64,000 bases of DNA, from the NCBI GenBank assembly GCA_023255955.1, contig JAGDWD010000009.1:21-64020 (forward strand), read 5' to 3'. Below are positions 9,295 to 18,293 of the stretch, one piece after another (the first letter of the stretch is position 1; each line of letters begins with the position of its first letter). The DNA comes from Desulfurococcales archaeon (GTDB taxonomy: Archaea; Thermoproteota; Thermoprotei_A; Sulfolobales; NBVN01). The notes beneath the pieces were generated by a model, which had not been told where the DNA came from, did no database searches, and saw only the letters and a list, made by a program, of their open reading frames with translations. The translations under genes and the position numbers were made by a program.

Positions 9295-11028
9295 TTGGGT
9301 TCTCTTCAGGTACTCTCAGAATACTTCTCGAGGGCTGAGGTTGAGTACCTAGCTGAGGAGCTATCCAGGTACCACAGGATCCAGGGTAGTCCAGGCCTTG
9401 AGGAGGCCGGTAAGTTCTTAAGGGATGTCCTCACAGACTGGGGTCTGGAAGTAAGGGTCTACGATCTTCCATACTCATCTGAAGCCTTCCCCACATCCGC
9501 CCCGGTTATCGGGTGGTTCGTAGCAGATGGTTACGCGGAGGTAGTTAAACCTAGGAGGAGGGTCATATCATCCTTGAGGCATGCCTGGACAGCTGTCATC
9601 GCTCACTCCCCTCCGGGGGAGTTTGAGGGTAGTGTGTGTTACGCACCTACCTACAGGCACGTAGCTCAGTGCAGAGACAAGGTTGTCCTGACACCTGATT
9701 GGGGCTTCGACACATATGTCGGGGCGGTTGAAGCAGGGGCTATAGCTGTGATAGCTTTTAGGAGGGGTGCCCCGCCCACTGCCTACCCGTACTACGGGCT
9801 GTTCCCCACGATACGTGATGCTGGCTACCTGAAGATCCCGGCTCTAACCACTACGCGTGAGGTAGCTGAGGAAATCATCGCACAACTCGAGAGAGGTGAG
9901 GAAGTGGTTGTGAAGGGGTATGTGAGGTCTGGCTATAGGGAGGTAGCTTATGCTAGAGTGGTTGAGGCCTCTATAGGTAGATCAAGCGAAGGTGAGTACC
10001 ACCTAGTTGCTCACTACTGCCACCCTGGGGCTACAGTAAACGATAATGTTAGTGGTTCTGTAGGTGTGTTAAGTGCTGCGAGGGCTGCCTCCCTAGCTAT
10101 GAGGGAGGGTAGGCTGGACATTAAGGATAGGTCAGTCAAGTTCGTGTGGGTTCCCGAGCACCACGGTACGGCAAGGTACCTTGCGGAGGTGTTTAGGGAG
10201 GGGAGGAGGGTTGCTGGTGCTGTTAACCTCGATATGATAGGAGAGAAGCAGTGTGAGACTGGCTCGGTTCTGAACCTAGTTAGAGCACCGATCAGGCTCC
10301 TGAGTAAGCTGGAGGCCTCAGTATACAGTAGCTTAATGTCCGGCCTACCTAGGGGCTCCAGCTTCTCGAGCCCGGCTGAGTTCCCGCTACTGAGGTTCTC
10401 CATCATAAACTACGAGACCGGGAGTGATCACGATAACTACGTATCGCTAGGTATTCCAGCTGTAATGCTTAATCAGTGGCCAGACAGGTACTACCACACT
10501 AGTGAGGACACTCTGGAGATGATGAATCCTAGACTAGTCTACAGCATAGGTGTAGCATCCCTAGCCGCAGTCCTAGAGCTCGAGGGGGTTAGGGTCGAAC
10601 CATACCTGCACATGGTGTATGGACTGGACACCATGAGGGTATCCGGGCTACCTCTAGAAGCTAGGTACTACCTTTACGGGAAGGTAAGTAGGGAGCTAGG
10701 TGTGGACCTTAAGGTCCCCGAGATCCAGCCACCGACAAGTGGTGAGAACGTTAGGCTCGTTAGGGAGGGCTACCTAACATCTCTCTACATTAGGTACAAA
10801 CTCGGTGTAGACTTCATTAGGAAGCTACGTGAGGAGCTACAGGATAAGTTCAGATACTCGATGCTAGCACTAGCTATCGCGGGGGTGTACCTGCTAGAAG
10901 GTGCTAAGGACGTTGAGAAACTGAGGTTCGAGGTCTCAGGAGAGCTCGGTGTGGAGGTTCCGAAGGACGTGTTCGACACCCTCCTCGACGTCGCAGAGAG
11001 TGCTGGGTACGTGGTCCGAGGCGGGTAG
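9295..11028 (+). CDS. M28-like zinc peptidase / aminopeptidase-like protein
   Basis: HYCHPGATVNDNVSGSVG and NLDMIGE motifs typical of M28-fold aminopeptidase-like proteins. Confidence 0.55.
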   Translation: MGSLQVLSEYFSRAEVEYLAEELSRYHRIQGSPGLEEAGKFLRDVLTDWGLEVRVYDLPYSSEAFPTSAPVIGWFVADGYAEVVKPRRRVISSLRHAWTAVIAHSPPGEFEGSVCYAPTYRHVAQCRDKVVLTPDWGFDTYVGAVEAGAIAVIAFRRGAPPTAYPYYGLFPTIRDAGYLKIPALTTTREVAEEIIAQLERGEEVVVKGYVRSGYREVAYARVVEASIGRSSEGEYHLVAHYCHPGATVNDNVSGSVGVLSAARAASLAMREGRLDIKDRSVKFVWVPEHHGTARYLAEVFREGRRVAGAVNLDMIGEKQCETGSVLNLVRAPIRLLSKLEASVYSSLMSGLPRGSSFSSPAEFPLLRFSIINYETGSDHDNYVSLGIPAVMLNQWPDRYYHTSEDTLEMMNPRLVYSIGVASLAAVLELEGVRVEPYLHMVYGLDTMRVSGLPLEARYYLYGKVSRELGVDLKVPEIQPPTSGENVRLVREGYLTSLYIRYKLGVDFIRKLREELQDKFRYSMLALAIAGVYLLEGAKDVEKLRFEVSGELGVEVPKDVFDTLLDVAESAGYVVRGG

Positions 11029-11032
11029 CTAG

Positions 11033-11563
11033 TTGCTCCTCGTATTCTACGGTAAGGGGAAGGGTAAGAGTACTGCTGCGTACGGGACTGCTGTCCGGGC
11101 GTTAGGTCGCGGATGGAAGGTAGTGATAGCTCTGTTCATGAAGAGCTGGGATAGCGGTGAAGTCCTCTTCTTTCGAAGATCTAAACTACCAGTGAGGATA
11201 TTCGTGTTAGGGACGGAGGAGTTCGTCCAGCCGGGAGCTTACGACAGCATTGTTGCGTCGGAGAACATGGCTAGAGCGTACGCGTTCCTCACATACGTAC
11301 TACCTAGAACTCTCAGAAGCTTCAAACCTAAATTGGTGGTTTTTGATGAGCTGGGTCTTGCTACCCATATGGGTATAGTTGACGAGAGGGTGGTAGTTAG
11401 AGCGTTGAGGAGGTTCTCTGGGAGTAGGGAGGTCCACGCCATAGTTACCGGTAGGTATGTTCCTAGCACAATAAAGAGTTTGGCTGACCTAGTGAGTGAA
11501 GTTAGGGAGGTAAAGCATTACTTTAGGAAAGGGTTTGTTAATCTCGAGGGGTTGGATTACTAG
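11033..11563 (+). CDS. Cob(I)yrinic acid a,c-diamide adenosyltransferase (CobA/CobO/BtuR family)
   Basis: N-terminal YGKGKGKSTAAYGTAVRALGRGWKV P-loop, with the typical size. Confidence 0.7.
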   Translation: MLLVFYGKGKGKSTAAYGTAVRALGRGWKVVIALFMKSWDSGEVLFFRRSKLPVRIFVLGTEEFVQPGAYDSIVASENMARAYAFLTYVLPRTLRSFKPKLVVFDELGLATHMGIVDERVVVRALRRFSGSREVHAIVTGRYVPSTIKSLADLVSEVREVKHYFRKGFVNLEGLDY

Positions 11564-12021
11564 GGTCTACCTGTTTTAAGTCTCTCAACTACTTCTCTAG
11601 CATACTGCGGTGTTAGGAAGAACTCTATGAACCACATATTCTCAACCCTCCTCAACCCAACGACACCGGCAGTCGGGAGCCTCGGTCTGTAACCAGTAAG
11701 TTCAACTACGTAATCATCAACGTAGGGAGCGTGACCCACAAACAGAGCTCTATCGGAGAAGTAGGGCTCTATGTCCTTGAGGTACCTACCCGGTAGTAGC
11801 TCATCAATAACCCTGTATTCAACTCTATGAGATCTAGCAACGATCTCGGCTGTCTCAATAGCTCTCTTGAGTGGGCTGGAGTAGACTATCTTCACTCTAG
11901 GTAGTAGCCTAGAGACTACAACAACTTCCTCGATACCTTCACTGGAGAGAGGCCTCTCATCATCTATCATGCCGGGTTTAGCTTCAATAGCCTTACCATG
12001 CCTCATTATGAAGATGAGCAT
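11560..12021 (-). CDS. Histidine phosphatase family protein (SixA-like)
   Basis: N-terminal IMRHGKA (RHG catalytic motif) and a later GHAP. 153 aa. Confidence 0.65.
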   Translation of the reverse strand: MLIFIMRHGKAIEAKPGMIDDERPLSSEGIEEVVVVSRLLPRVKIVYSSPLKRAIETAEIVARSHRVEYRVIDELLPGRYLKDIEPYFSDRALFVGHAPYVDDYVVELTGYRPRLPTAGVVGLRRVENMWFIEFFLTPQYAREVVERLKTGRP

Positions 12022-12249
12022 GTTTAATCACTACCGAATTCCTTACTTAAAGGCTGGGTTAATAGCTTTAAGGACGTGGAGTTAAACCTCCTCCCAAGCT
12101 TTAGAAGAGCAGGGCTTCAGCTCTAGGGTAGCCCTCCAGGGACTGGAGAGCGCTCTCATAGCTCTGGAGGGTGCTAAGGTAGAATGCCGTTCATGGCGGT
12201 GAGAGCTTAATTTAAAGTAAAAGTACATGTAAGGAGAAAATCAGAAAAC

Positions 12250-12257
12250 TTTAAAAA
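12250..12257 (+). promoter_or_regulatory. TATA box (TTTAAAAA) for the symporter gene
   Basis: Located about 35-40 nt upstream of the ATG at 12291 in an AT-rich intergenic region. Confidence 0.4.
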
Positions 12258-12290
12258 GCTTTACTATACTAATATTTCGAGGCGAGTTTT

Positions 12291-13523
12291 ATGTCTCTGA
12301 GGGGCTCGGGAACTAAATTACTTATAGCAATAGCTGTAGGCTTCCTGCTAGGTCTTCTAGTAGGCTTCGCGCTTCTATACGCACCGAGCGCTACGCGGGC
12401 TGATGCTGCTTCGTGGTTTAAGGCTATTGGTGACGTCTTTGTGAGGTTAATACGTATAATAATACCTCCACTGATATTCTTCACCATAGCTGCTGCCGTA
12501 GCTTCTGTAGCTGATCTACGTAGACTTGGGATGATCCTTCTGTGGATGTTCGTACTCTACATAGGTACCTCAGCCCTAGCAGGCTTTTGGGGTATTCTAG
12601 CAGGTAGCATATTCCAGCCCGGTGTCGGCATCGGTCTAACACCACCAGCTGGCTACCAGCCCCCGAAACCACCATCCGCTATTGACATACTACTCAGCTT
12701 CTTCCAAACAGACTTCAACGCCCTCCTAGCAGTAGGTGGGTCCATGACCATGATAATCTTCGCCATAATCCTCGGTATAGCCGTTGTACTACTTGGAGAT
12801 GAGGGTAGGAAGCTGTATTCGTTCTTGAGGCTCGGCTCGGACACCATGATAACCATGGTCAGAATAATAATGTACTACGCACCAGTAGCTATCTTCGGCT
12901 ACGCTGCGTGGCTCATAGCGACCTACGGTCCTCAGATGTTGGGTGCCTACGGTAAGTTCCTACTAGCTCAGTACTCATTCACCTTCATGCACTTCTTCGT
13001 AATCTACAGCATTATAGTAGCTGCTGGAGGACTGAACCCGCTGAAGTACTTTAAGTACCAGTCCACACCGTTTCTAATAGCCTTCACTACTAGGTCATCT
13101 GCTGTAACACTACCGTACAACATGGAAGCCGCTAGGAGGATGGGGGTTCCGGAGGAGGTATTCCAGTTAACTCTGCCTGTAGGAGCTACAGTGAACATGG
13201 ATGGTACAGCTCTTTACCAGGCACTCTCAGCACTCTTCATCGCACAGCTATTTGGCATCCCCCTCACACCAGCACATATAGGTCTTGCTGTGGTAGCATC
13301 CGTAATAGGTTCAGTAGCTACTGCGGCCATACCAGGTGGTGGAACGATAATGCTGGCTTTCGTTCTAGGAGTTCTTGGCCTTCCTCTAGAGGGTGTAGGT
13401 ATAATGATGGTTATTGACCCGATAGCTGATGCTTTAAGGACTGCTGTGAACGCGTCCGGAGATAACGCATGTACTGTCCTGATAACTAAGCTAGTGGGCC
13501 TTAGGTTAAGGAGTGAGAGCTAA
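12291..13523 (+). CDS. Dicarboxylate/amino acid:cation symporter (DAACS, GltP/GltPh-like)
   Basis: 410 aa with the SSAVTLP hairpin motif and NMDGTALYQ and DALRT regions characteristic of glutamate-transporter homologs. Confidence 0.8.
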   Translation: MSLRGSGTKLLIAIAVGFLLGLLVGFALLYAPSATRADAASWFKAIGDVFVRLIRIIIPPLIFFTIAAAVASVADLRRLGMILLWMFVLYIGTSALAGFWGILAGSIFQPGVGIGLTPPAGYQPPKPPSAIDILLSFFQTDFNALLAVGGSMTMIIFAIILGIAVVLLGDEGRKLYSFLRLGSDTMITMVRIIMYYAPVAIFGYAAWLIATYGPQMLGAYGKFLLAQYSFTFMHFFVIYSIIVAAGGLNPLKYFKYQSTPFLIAFTTRSSAVTLPYNMEAARRMGVPEEVFQLTLPVGATVNMDGTALYQALSALFIAQLFGIPLTPAHIGLAVVASVIGSVATAAIPGGGTIMLAFVLGVLGLPLEGVGIMMVIDPIADALRTAVNASGDNACTVLITKLVGLRLRSES

Positions 13524-13587
13524 GTAAGCTTTTTTACTTAGTTCTATACCGGTCCTACCTAGAAACTACAGTTGAGAGCTTCACCCT

Positions 13588-14343
13588 TCAAGGCTGGGAG
13601 GAGGTTAGTGAGGTAAGTATCCTCAACATAGCTCTAGCATTCTCTAACATCCAGTGATTGTTGTTGAAGAATACGTATACCTTCCTGGGGTTGAGGCCTG
13701 TTACCGACCTAGCAATACTCTCCAACTCATCCTCGGAATACTCGTAAGCATACCACTCGAGCCTACCGTGGAGCCTTAGGTAGATGATGTCATTGCTCGA
13801 CACGATCCACGACCCTATCGGTGAGTCTATGGATACAGCCGTTACACCGAGGTCTCTACAAAGCTCTACGGTACTCTGCTTAAACCAGCTTCCGTCCCTG
13901 AACTCAATAGCTAGCTTACTACCTAGCTGAGTCGACTTAGCGAACTCCCTCAGCTTCACCACATTACTCTCACTAGCCTTAAATGTTGGTGGTAGCTGGA
14001 TCAGGTAGAAGTCTACGTACTCCTCTAGAGGCTCAAAGAGCTTCCTGAACTTAGCCCACGTAGGTAGGGACTCAACGCTCAGCTTCCTCAGATGTGTTAT
14101 GCTTCTATGTACCTTAATAGACCAGCGGATACTCCTATACCTCATCATCCTACTCCACTTAGCTACCTGAACCGGGAACGGGAACCTGTAGAAGGAGGCA
14201 TTCAGCTCCACAGCATTGAGCCCGGAGTTCCTTAGGTACCACTCAAACGACCCATCGATGTTCCAGTCGTAGACCCAGCCTGATGTACCCACATAGACCT
14301 CCAGAGCACACCCCACAAAGCAAGTAGATACAGAGTTAATCAT
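13588..14343 (-). CDS. DUF72 family protein
   Basis: VGTSGWVYDWN N-terminal motif, NASFYRFP, and the typical length. Confidence 0.7.
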   Translation of the reverse strand: MINSVSTCFVGCALEVYVGTSGWVYDWNIDGSFEWYLRNSGLNAVELNASFYRFPFPVQVAKWSRMMRYRSIRWSIKVHRSITHLRKLSVESLPTWAKFRKLFEPLEEYVDFYLIQLPPTFKASESNVVKLREFAKSTQLGSKLAIEFRDGSWFKQSTVELCRDLGVTAVSIDSPIGSWIVSSNDIIYLRLHGRLEWYAYEYSEDELESIARSVTGLNPRKVYVFFNNNHWMLENARAMLRILTSLTSSQP

Positions 14344-14490
14344 AGCTGAAGACCTACTACCCTAGTCGAGTTAGGTAGAGACCTGAGTGATGAGGGTTGC
14401 TGGTATTGTTTATATTACTTCCGATGTGAGAGGGTTGCTGGGTGTGGTAGTGACCGGATTAACTAGCTCATTGATTTCGGTGATACCGTA

Positions 14491-15555
14491 GTGCCGATCC
14501 ACAATCAGCTATTGAAGGTTTTGAACGAGGTATCCAGGCTTCTTCTATCCGAGCTAGTGAAGTCGCGGGAGTTTCTCAGTGTCGTAAAGGACGTCCGGGT
14601 CTACGACATTAAGACCCCGGCTGGGGCTCCTCCTGACATAGTTGCCGGAGATTCTAGTAGTGCTGTGAGGGACTACTCCATGGCCTTACTGTACGCAGTA
14701 CAGGCCGTCGCGGTCCGAGTAGCTCGGGGATCCAGTAAGTTGGGGCATGTAGAGGTTGACGCGGGATACTACATCCCCAGCCCGACCTCGAGGGATACGT
14801 TAGCAGACGAGCTTGTGAGGAGGGCTGTCCAGTTCATATCTCGAGAGCTTGAAGCTGAGTCGGTGAGAGTGGCTTCTGAGGGAAGGGGAATAGCCCTCTT
14901 CGATGGCTCTATATTCACGTTCTTATGGTATGGTAAGCTCCCTGAGATACCTAGGTCCCTCGTCTCGTACAGGAAAATGCCCAGGAAATTCAGAGATATG
15001 TGGAGCTCGGTAGTTAGTCGGATACTGGAGATACATAAGTCCGACACGGTACCTATGTTCGTAGCTAAAACGATAAGGAGGAGCTACTACATCGAAAAGC
15101 TGTTAGGTAGTGATTCCACGCCAAGCCTCGAGGGTAGGATTAACGACCTGATACTGGTAAGCCTCCTAAGAGCTAGCGGGCGCATTCCGAGAAGGCCGTG
15201 CATCCTGGAGCCAGTATGGATCTCAAGTGTTGATGAGATGCCGAGACCTCTCAACACTCTGGAGCCGGAGGACCGCAGGCTGGTGGAGCCCATAGTTCCC
15301 ATTACGGTGACCTACGTATTCTTCAACCCAGCTACCCAGCCCTACCAGCTCACAGTACCGGGGAAGTGGAGGGGTGAGGAGCTGGCAGAGCTCGTATCAA
15401 GCATCTACCCATACTCCTACTCCGGATACCCGGAACCACTCAAAGTAGCTCACTGGATGAGCAGGGTAACCACCCGCGAACTCAGGCAGGCCCTCAGCAA
15501 GCTCGGGCTTTCATCCATACCTACAGGGCGGGAACTACTAGGTGAGATATTATGA
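14491..15555 (+). CDS. nurA: NurA 5'-3' nuclease
   Basis: IVAGDSSSAV catalytic Asp motif. It is the first gene of the nurA-herA-mre11-rad50 cluster and has an ATGA overlap with herA. Confidence 0.75.
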   Translation: MPIHNQLLKVLNEVSRLLLSELVKSREFLSVVKDVRVYDIKTPAGAPPDIVAGDSSSAVRDYSMALLYAVQAVAVRVARGSSKLGHVEVDAGYYIPSPTSRDTLADELVRRAVQFISRELEAESVRVASEGRGIALFDGSIFTFLWYGKLPEIPRSLVSYRKMPRKFRDMWSSVVSRILEIHKSDTVPMFVAKTIRRSYYIEKLLGSDSTPSLEGRINDLILVSLLRASGRIPRRPCILEPVWISSVDEMPRPLNTLEPEDRRLVEPIVPITVTYVFFNPATQPYQLTVPGKWRGEELAELVSSIYPYSYSGYPEPLKVAHWMSRVTTRELRQALSKLGLSSIPTGRELLGEIL

Positions 15556-17117
15556 GCTTGAAGGTCGTGGGAGTCGTTGGGGATCAGTCCACCCCGGTCG
15601 AGATAGACATCAAGGCCAACCACCCGCTACCTTCAGGAACATACATCTACGTGAGGTTCAAGACTAAGGATATAGTCAGAGAGTCTGAGAGTATTAGGGA
15701 GGTTGTCGGGATAGTGGGCTCCAGCATGTATAAAGCAGTCATCCCAGTAACCATGACCCCTACGACGGAGGTCTTCGAGAGCTACTTAAGCGATCTCAAG
15801 AAGGAGAGCTACATGAAGGCACTTATAGTAGCTGACATAACTAGTAGGAAACCTGAAGCTCCGAGATACCCTCCCCCACCCGAGACCCCAGTCTACCTAG
15901 CAAGCCCGGAACATCTGAGGGTTGTGTATAGCTACGACACCAGCAAGAGCGTGAGAATAGGGACTCTAGCAGGCTTCGAGGAGTTGGAGGTGGGGGTGAA
16001 CGTCAATGCTCTACCTAAGCACATCCTAATAGCCGGTACTACAGGCTCCGGTAAGAGTAACTTAGTAGCAGTACTTGCCGATAGGGTCGCCCAGATGGGT
16101 GGGTCTGTAGTGATATTCGATGTTCACGGAGAGTACCGTAACATGTCCCCTGAGTCCAGTGATGTAATTGTAACAACATATGAAGCCTCCATCAACGTAG
16201 TGAAAACACCTATAAGTCTCCTAACAAGCTTCATCATTCCCGAAAGATCGGCCACGAGACAGAGGAGGATACTTAGGAACGCTCTTAAGAACCTGAACAA
16301 CGAGTTAGTAAGCTTTGCTAGAGCTAATAGGATATCCATTAAGGAAGCTGTCCGTAGATTCGTCACCTCTAAGAATCTATGGGGGGATTCAGAACCTGTT
16401 GAGATGTATAAAGAACTCCTCAAGACCCGCCTCGGTACAGATAAGGTTGTTGAGGACGTGAAGGATAAGATTGATGACTTCTTTGAGTGGCATAGGGTTG
16501 ACCTCGAGACTCCTGATGTTGGTGAGGTAGTTGGTAACAGGAAGGTGGTTGTTGTGGACGTGTCTACGTTTAGGGATGACGAGAAGGACTACATGCTTAA
16601 GGTAGTTGCGGAGAACCTCCTATGGTTCCTGAAGGAGGGTAGGATACCTCCAACCCTCCTGGTTGTAGAGGAGGCCCACCTCTTCCTCAGAGCTGATAAG
16701 AGTACGTGGTCTAAGGAAGCTCTTCAGAGGTTCATTAGGGAGGGCAGGAAGTTCGGCGGTATGTTAGCTATAGTTAGTCAGAGACCGAGAGCTCTGGACA
16801 CTGAGGTAGTTTCGCAGGTGCAGAACTTCGCCTTCCTGAGGCTAGTCCAGAAAGCTGATAGGACTGCCGTTACGGACATCACGGACGTTCTCGGCGAGGA
16901 GTACGCGAATATCCTGCCGACACTACCACCAGGATACGGAGTGTTGGTTGGTGAGTGGGTAGGGTGGTACCCGGCGTACGTTAAGGTGGACCTACATAGA
17001 GGTAAGAGGGTTGGTGCCACCCCCGACGTAGTCAGTACCTGGAGGAAGGCCTTGGAGGTTGAGGAGGCTAGGTTACGTGATAGGGAGTCCCTAACTAAGG
17101 AGTGGGAGGGTGGGTAA
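15552..17117 (+). CDS. herA: HerA bipolar DNA helicase/translocase
   Basis: Walker A IAGTTGSGKSN and Walker B LLVVEEAHLF, with an operon context alongside mre11 and rad50. Confidence 0.85.
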   Translation: MSLKVVGVVGDQSTPVEIDIKANHPLPSGTYIYVRFKTKDIVRESESIREVVGIVGSSMYKAVIPVTMTPTTEVFESYLSDLKKESYMKALIVADITSRKPEAPRYPPPPETPVYLASPEHLRVVYSYDTSKSVRIGTLAGFEELEVGVNVNALPKHILIAGTTGSGKSNLVAVLADRVAQMGGSVVIFDVHGEYRNMSPESSDVIVTTYEASINVVKTPISLLTSFIIPERSATRQRRILRNALKNLNNELVSFARANRISIKEAVRRFVTSKNLWGDSEPVEMYKELLKTRLGTDKVVEDVKDKIDDFFEWHRVDLETPDVGEVVGNRKVVVVDVSTFRDDEKDYMLKVVAENLLWFLKEGRIPPTLLVVEEAHLFLRADKSTWSKEALQRFIREGRKFGGMLAIVSQRPRALDTEVVSQVQNFAFLRLVQKADRTAVTDITDVLGEEYANILPTLPPGYGVLVGEWVGWYPAYVKVDLHRGKRVGATPDVVSTWRKALEVEEARLRDRESLTKEWEGG

Positions 17118-17120
17118 GCA

Positions 17121-18293
17121 ACGCTACTACTACACGTCTCCGATACACACCTCGGAGCATCGAAACCTTTCAGTCACTCTAAGCCACGCGAGGAGGACTT
17201 CTACGAGGTGTTTGATGAGGTTGTCGAGGTAGCTATTAGAGAGCGTGTTGATGGTGTGATACACTGCGGTGACCTCTTCGACGACCCGGAACCTAGCCCT
17301 AGGGCATTTTACAACGCTGTTAAGTCCCTGAAGAAACTCTCGGGTGCTGGAATACCGTTCCTGGTTATCGCTGGCCAGCATGACCAGCCTAAGAGGGCTG
17401 AGGTGTCACCCCTCAAAGTCCTTGAGGAGGTCGGTGTGGCTAGGTTACTGGCGTTGGGGAAGCCTAGCACGGGTGTGGTCAACCTACGTAGTGGTGAGCT
17501 AGGTTTCACAGCCATCCCATACACTCCCCCGGGGGCTATGCACGGGGTTCTGAGGGAGCTGAGGAAGCCGGATACCAGGAGAAGTGTCTTAATGGCTCAC
17601 CTACTACTCAAGGAGTTAAATCTCCCTACATCGCACGTCTCCCTAGCGGAGCTCGGGGTCAGTGGCTTCAGTTACGTAGCCCTCGGAGACTACCATCTTA
17701 GGTGGTCGACAAACTACTCAGGTGTTCCGGTAGTATATCCAGGCTCTACTGAGGCTCTGGACGTGTTGGAGAGTAGTGATGAGAGGTACGTAGCTATGGT
17801 CGACCTAAGCGGGGAATCAGCATCTGTTAGCTGGGTTAAGCTATCCAGGTTTAGGAAGATACTGGTAGTTGATAACGTCTCGAGCTTCGCAGATCTTCAG
17901 AGAGCGATATTGAGGTACCGCTTGGAGGAGCTCGGAAAGAAGCCGATGCTGTACGTGAAGCTATCCCCTAAGGGGGGCTACACATCGAGCTCCGAGCGGG
18001 TTAGGATCGAGCAACTATTGAGGGATCTCGTACGACAGGGTAAGATCCTCAATTACAGGCTCGTACTTCCTGGGGTTGAGGAGGTTGAGGGTAGTGGGGT
18101 CTCTGAGGAGGCTCCACCACCGACACTAGATTACGTTGTTTATGAGGTTGTTAAGGATCCTGAGCTCTCCGAGCTCTTACTGAAGATTATTAGGGGTAGT
18201 GAGGGTGGGGAGGGTATCAGGAAGGTTATCGATGATGTCCTCGCTAACGAGAGGCTGGTGGAGAAGCTTAGGAAGGTGGTGTCTAAGAGATGA
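17121..18293 (+). CDS. mre11: Mre11 nuclease. The 5' end is placed at an in-frame ACG. The first canonical start is GTG at 17208.
   Basis: Phosphoesterase motif I LLLHVSDTHLG (17124-17156) and motif II HCGDLFDD. Motif I lies between the herA TAA stop (17115-17117, same frame) and the first GTG. Confidence 0.8.
   Translation, partial: TLLLHVSDTHLGASKPFSHSKPREEDFYEVFDEVVEVAIRERVDGVIHCGDLFDDPEPSPRAFYNAVKSLKKLSGAGIPFLVIAGQHDQPKRAEVSPLKVLEEVGVARLLALGKPSTGVVNLRSGELGFTAIPYTPPGAMHGVLRELRKPDTRRSVLMAHLLLKELNLPTSHVSLAELGVSGFSYVALGDYHLRWSTNYSGVPVVYPGSTEALDVLESSDERYVAMVDLSGESASVSWVKLSRFRKILVVDNVSSFADLQRAILRYRLEELGKKPMLYVKLSPKGGYTSSSERVRIEQLLRDLVRQGKILNYRLVLPGVEEVEGSGVSEEAPPPTLDYVVYEVVKDPELSELLLKIIRGSEGGEGIRKVIDDVLANERLVEKLRKVVSKR

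Noticed and set aside
17130-17381. An 83-aa minus-strand ORF across the 5' end of mre11.
   Set aside because: It lies opposite the conserved Mre11 motifs I and II, so it is a shadow ORF.
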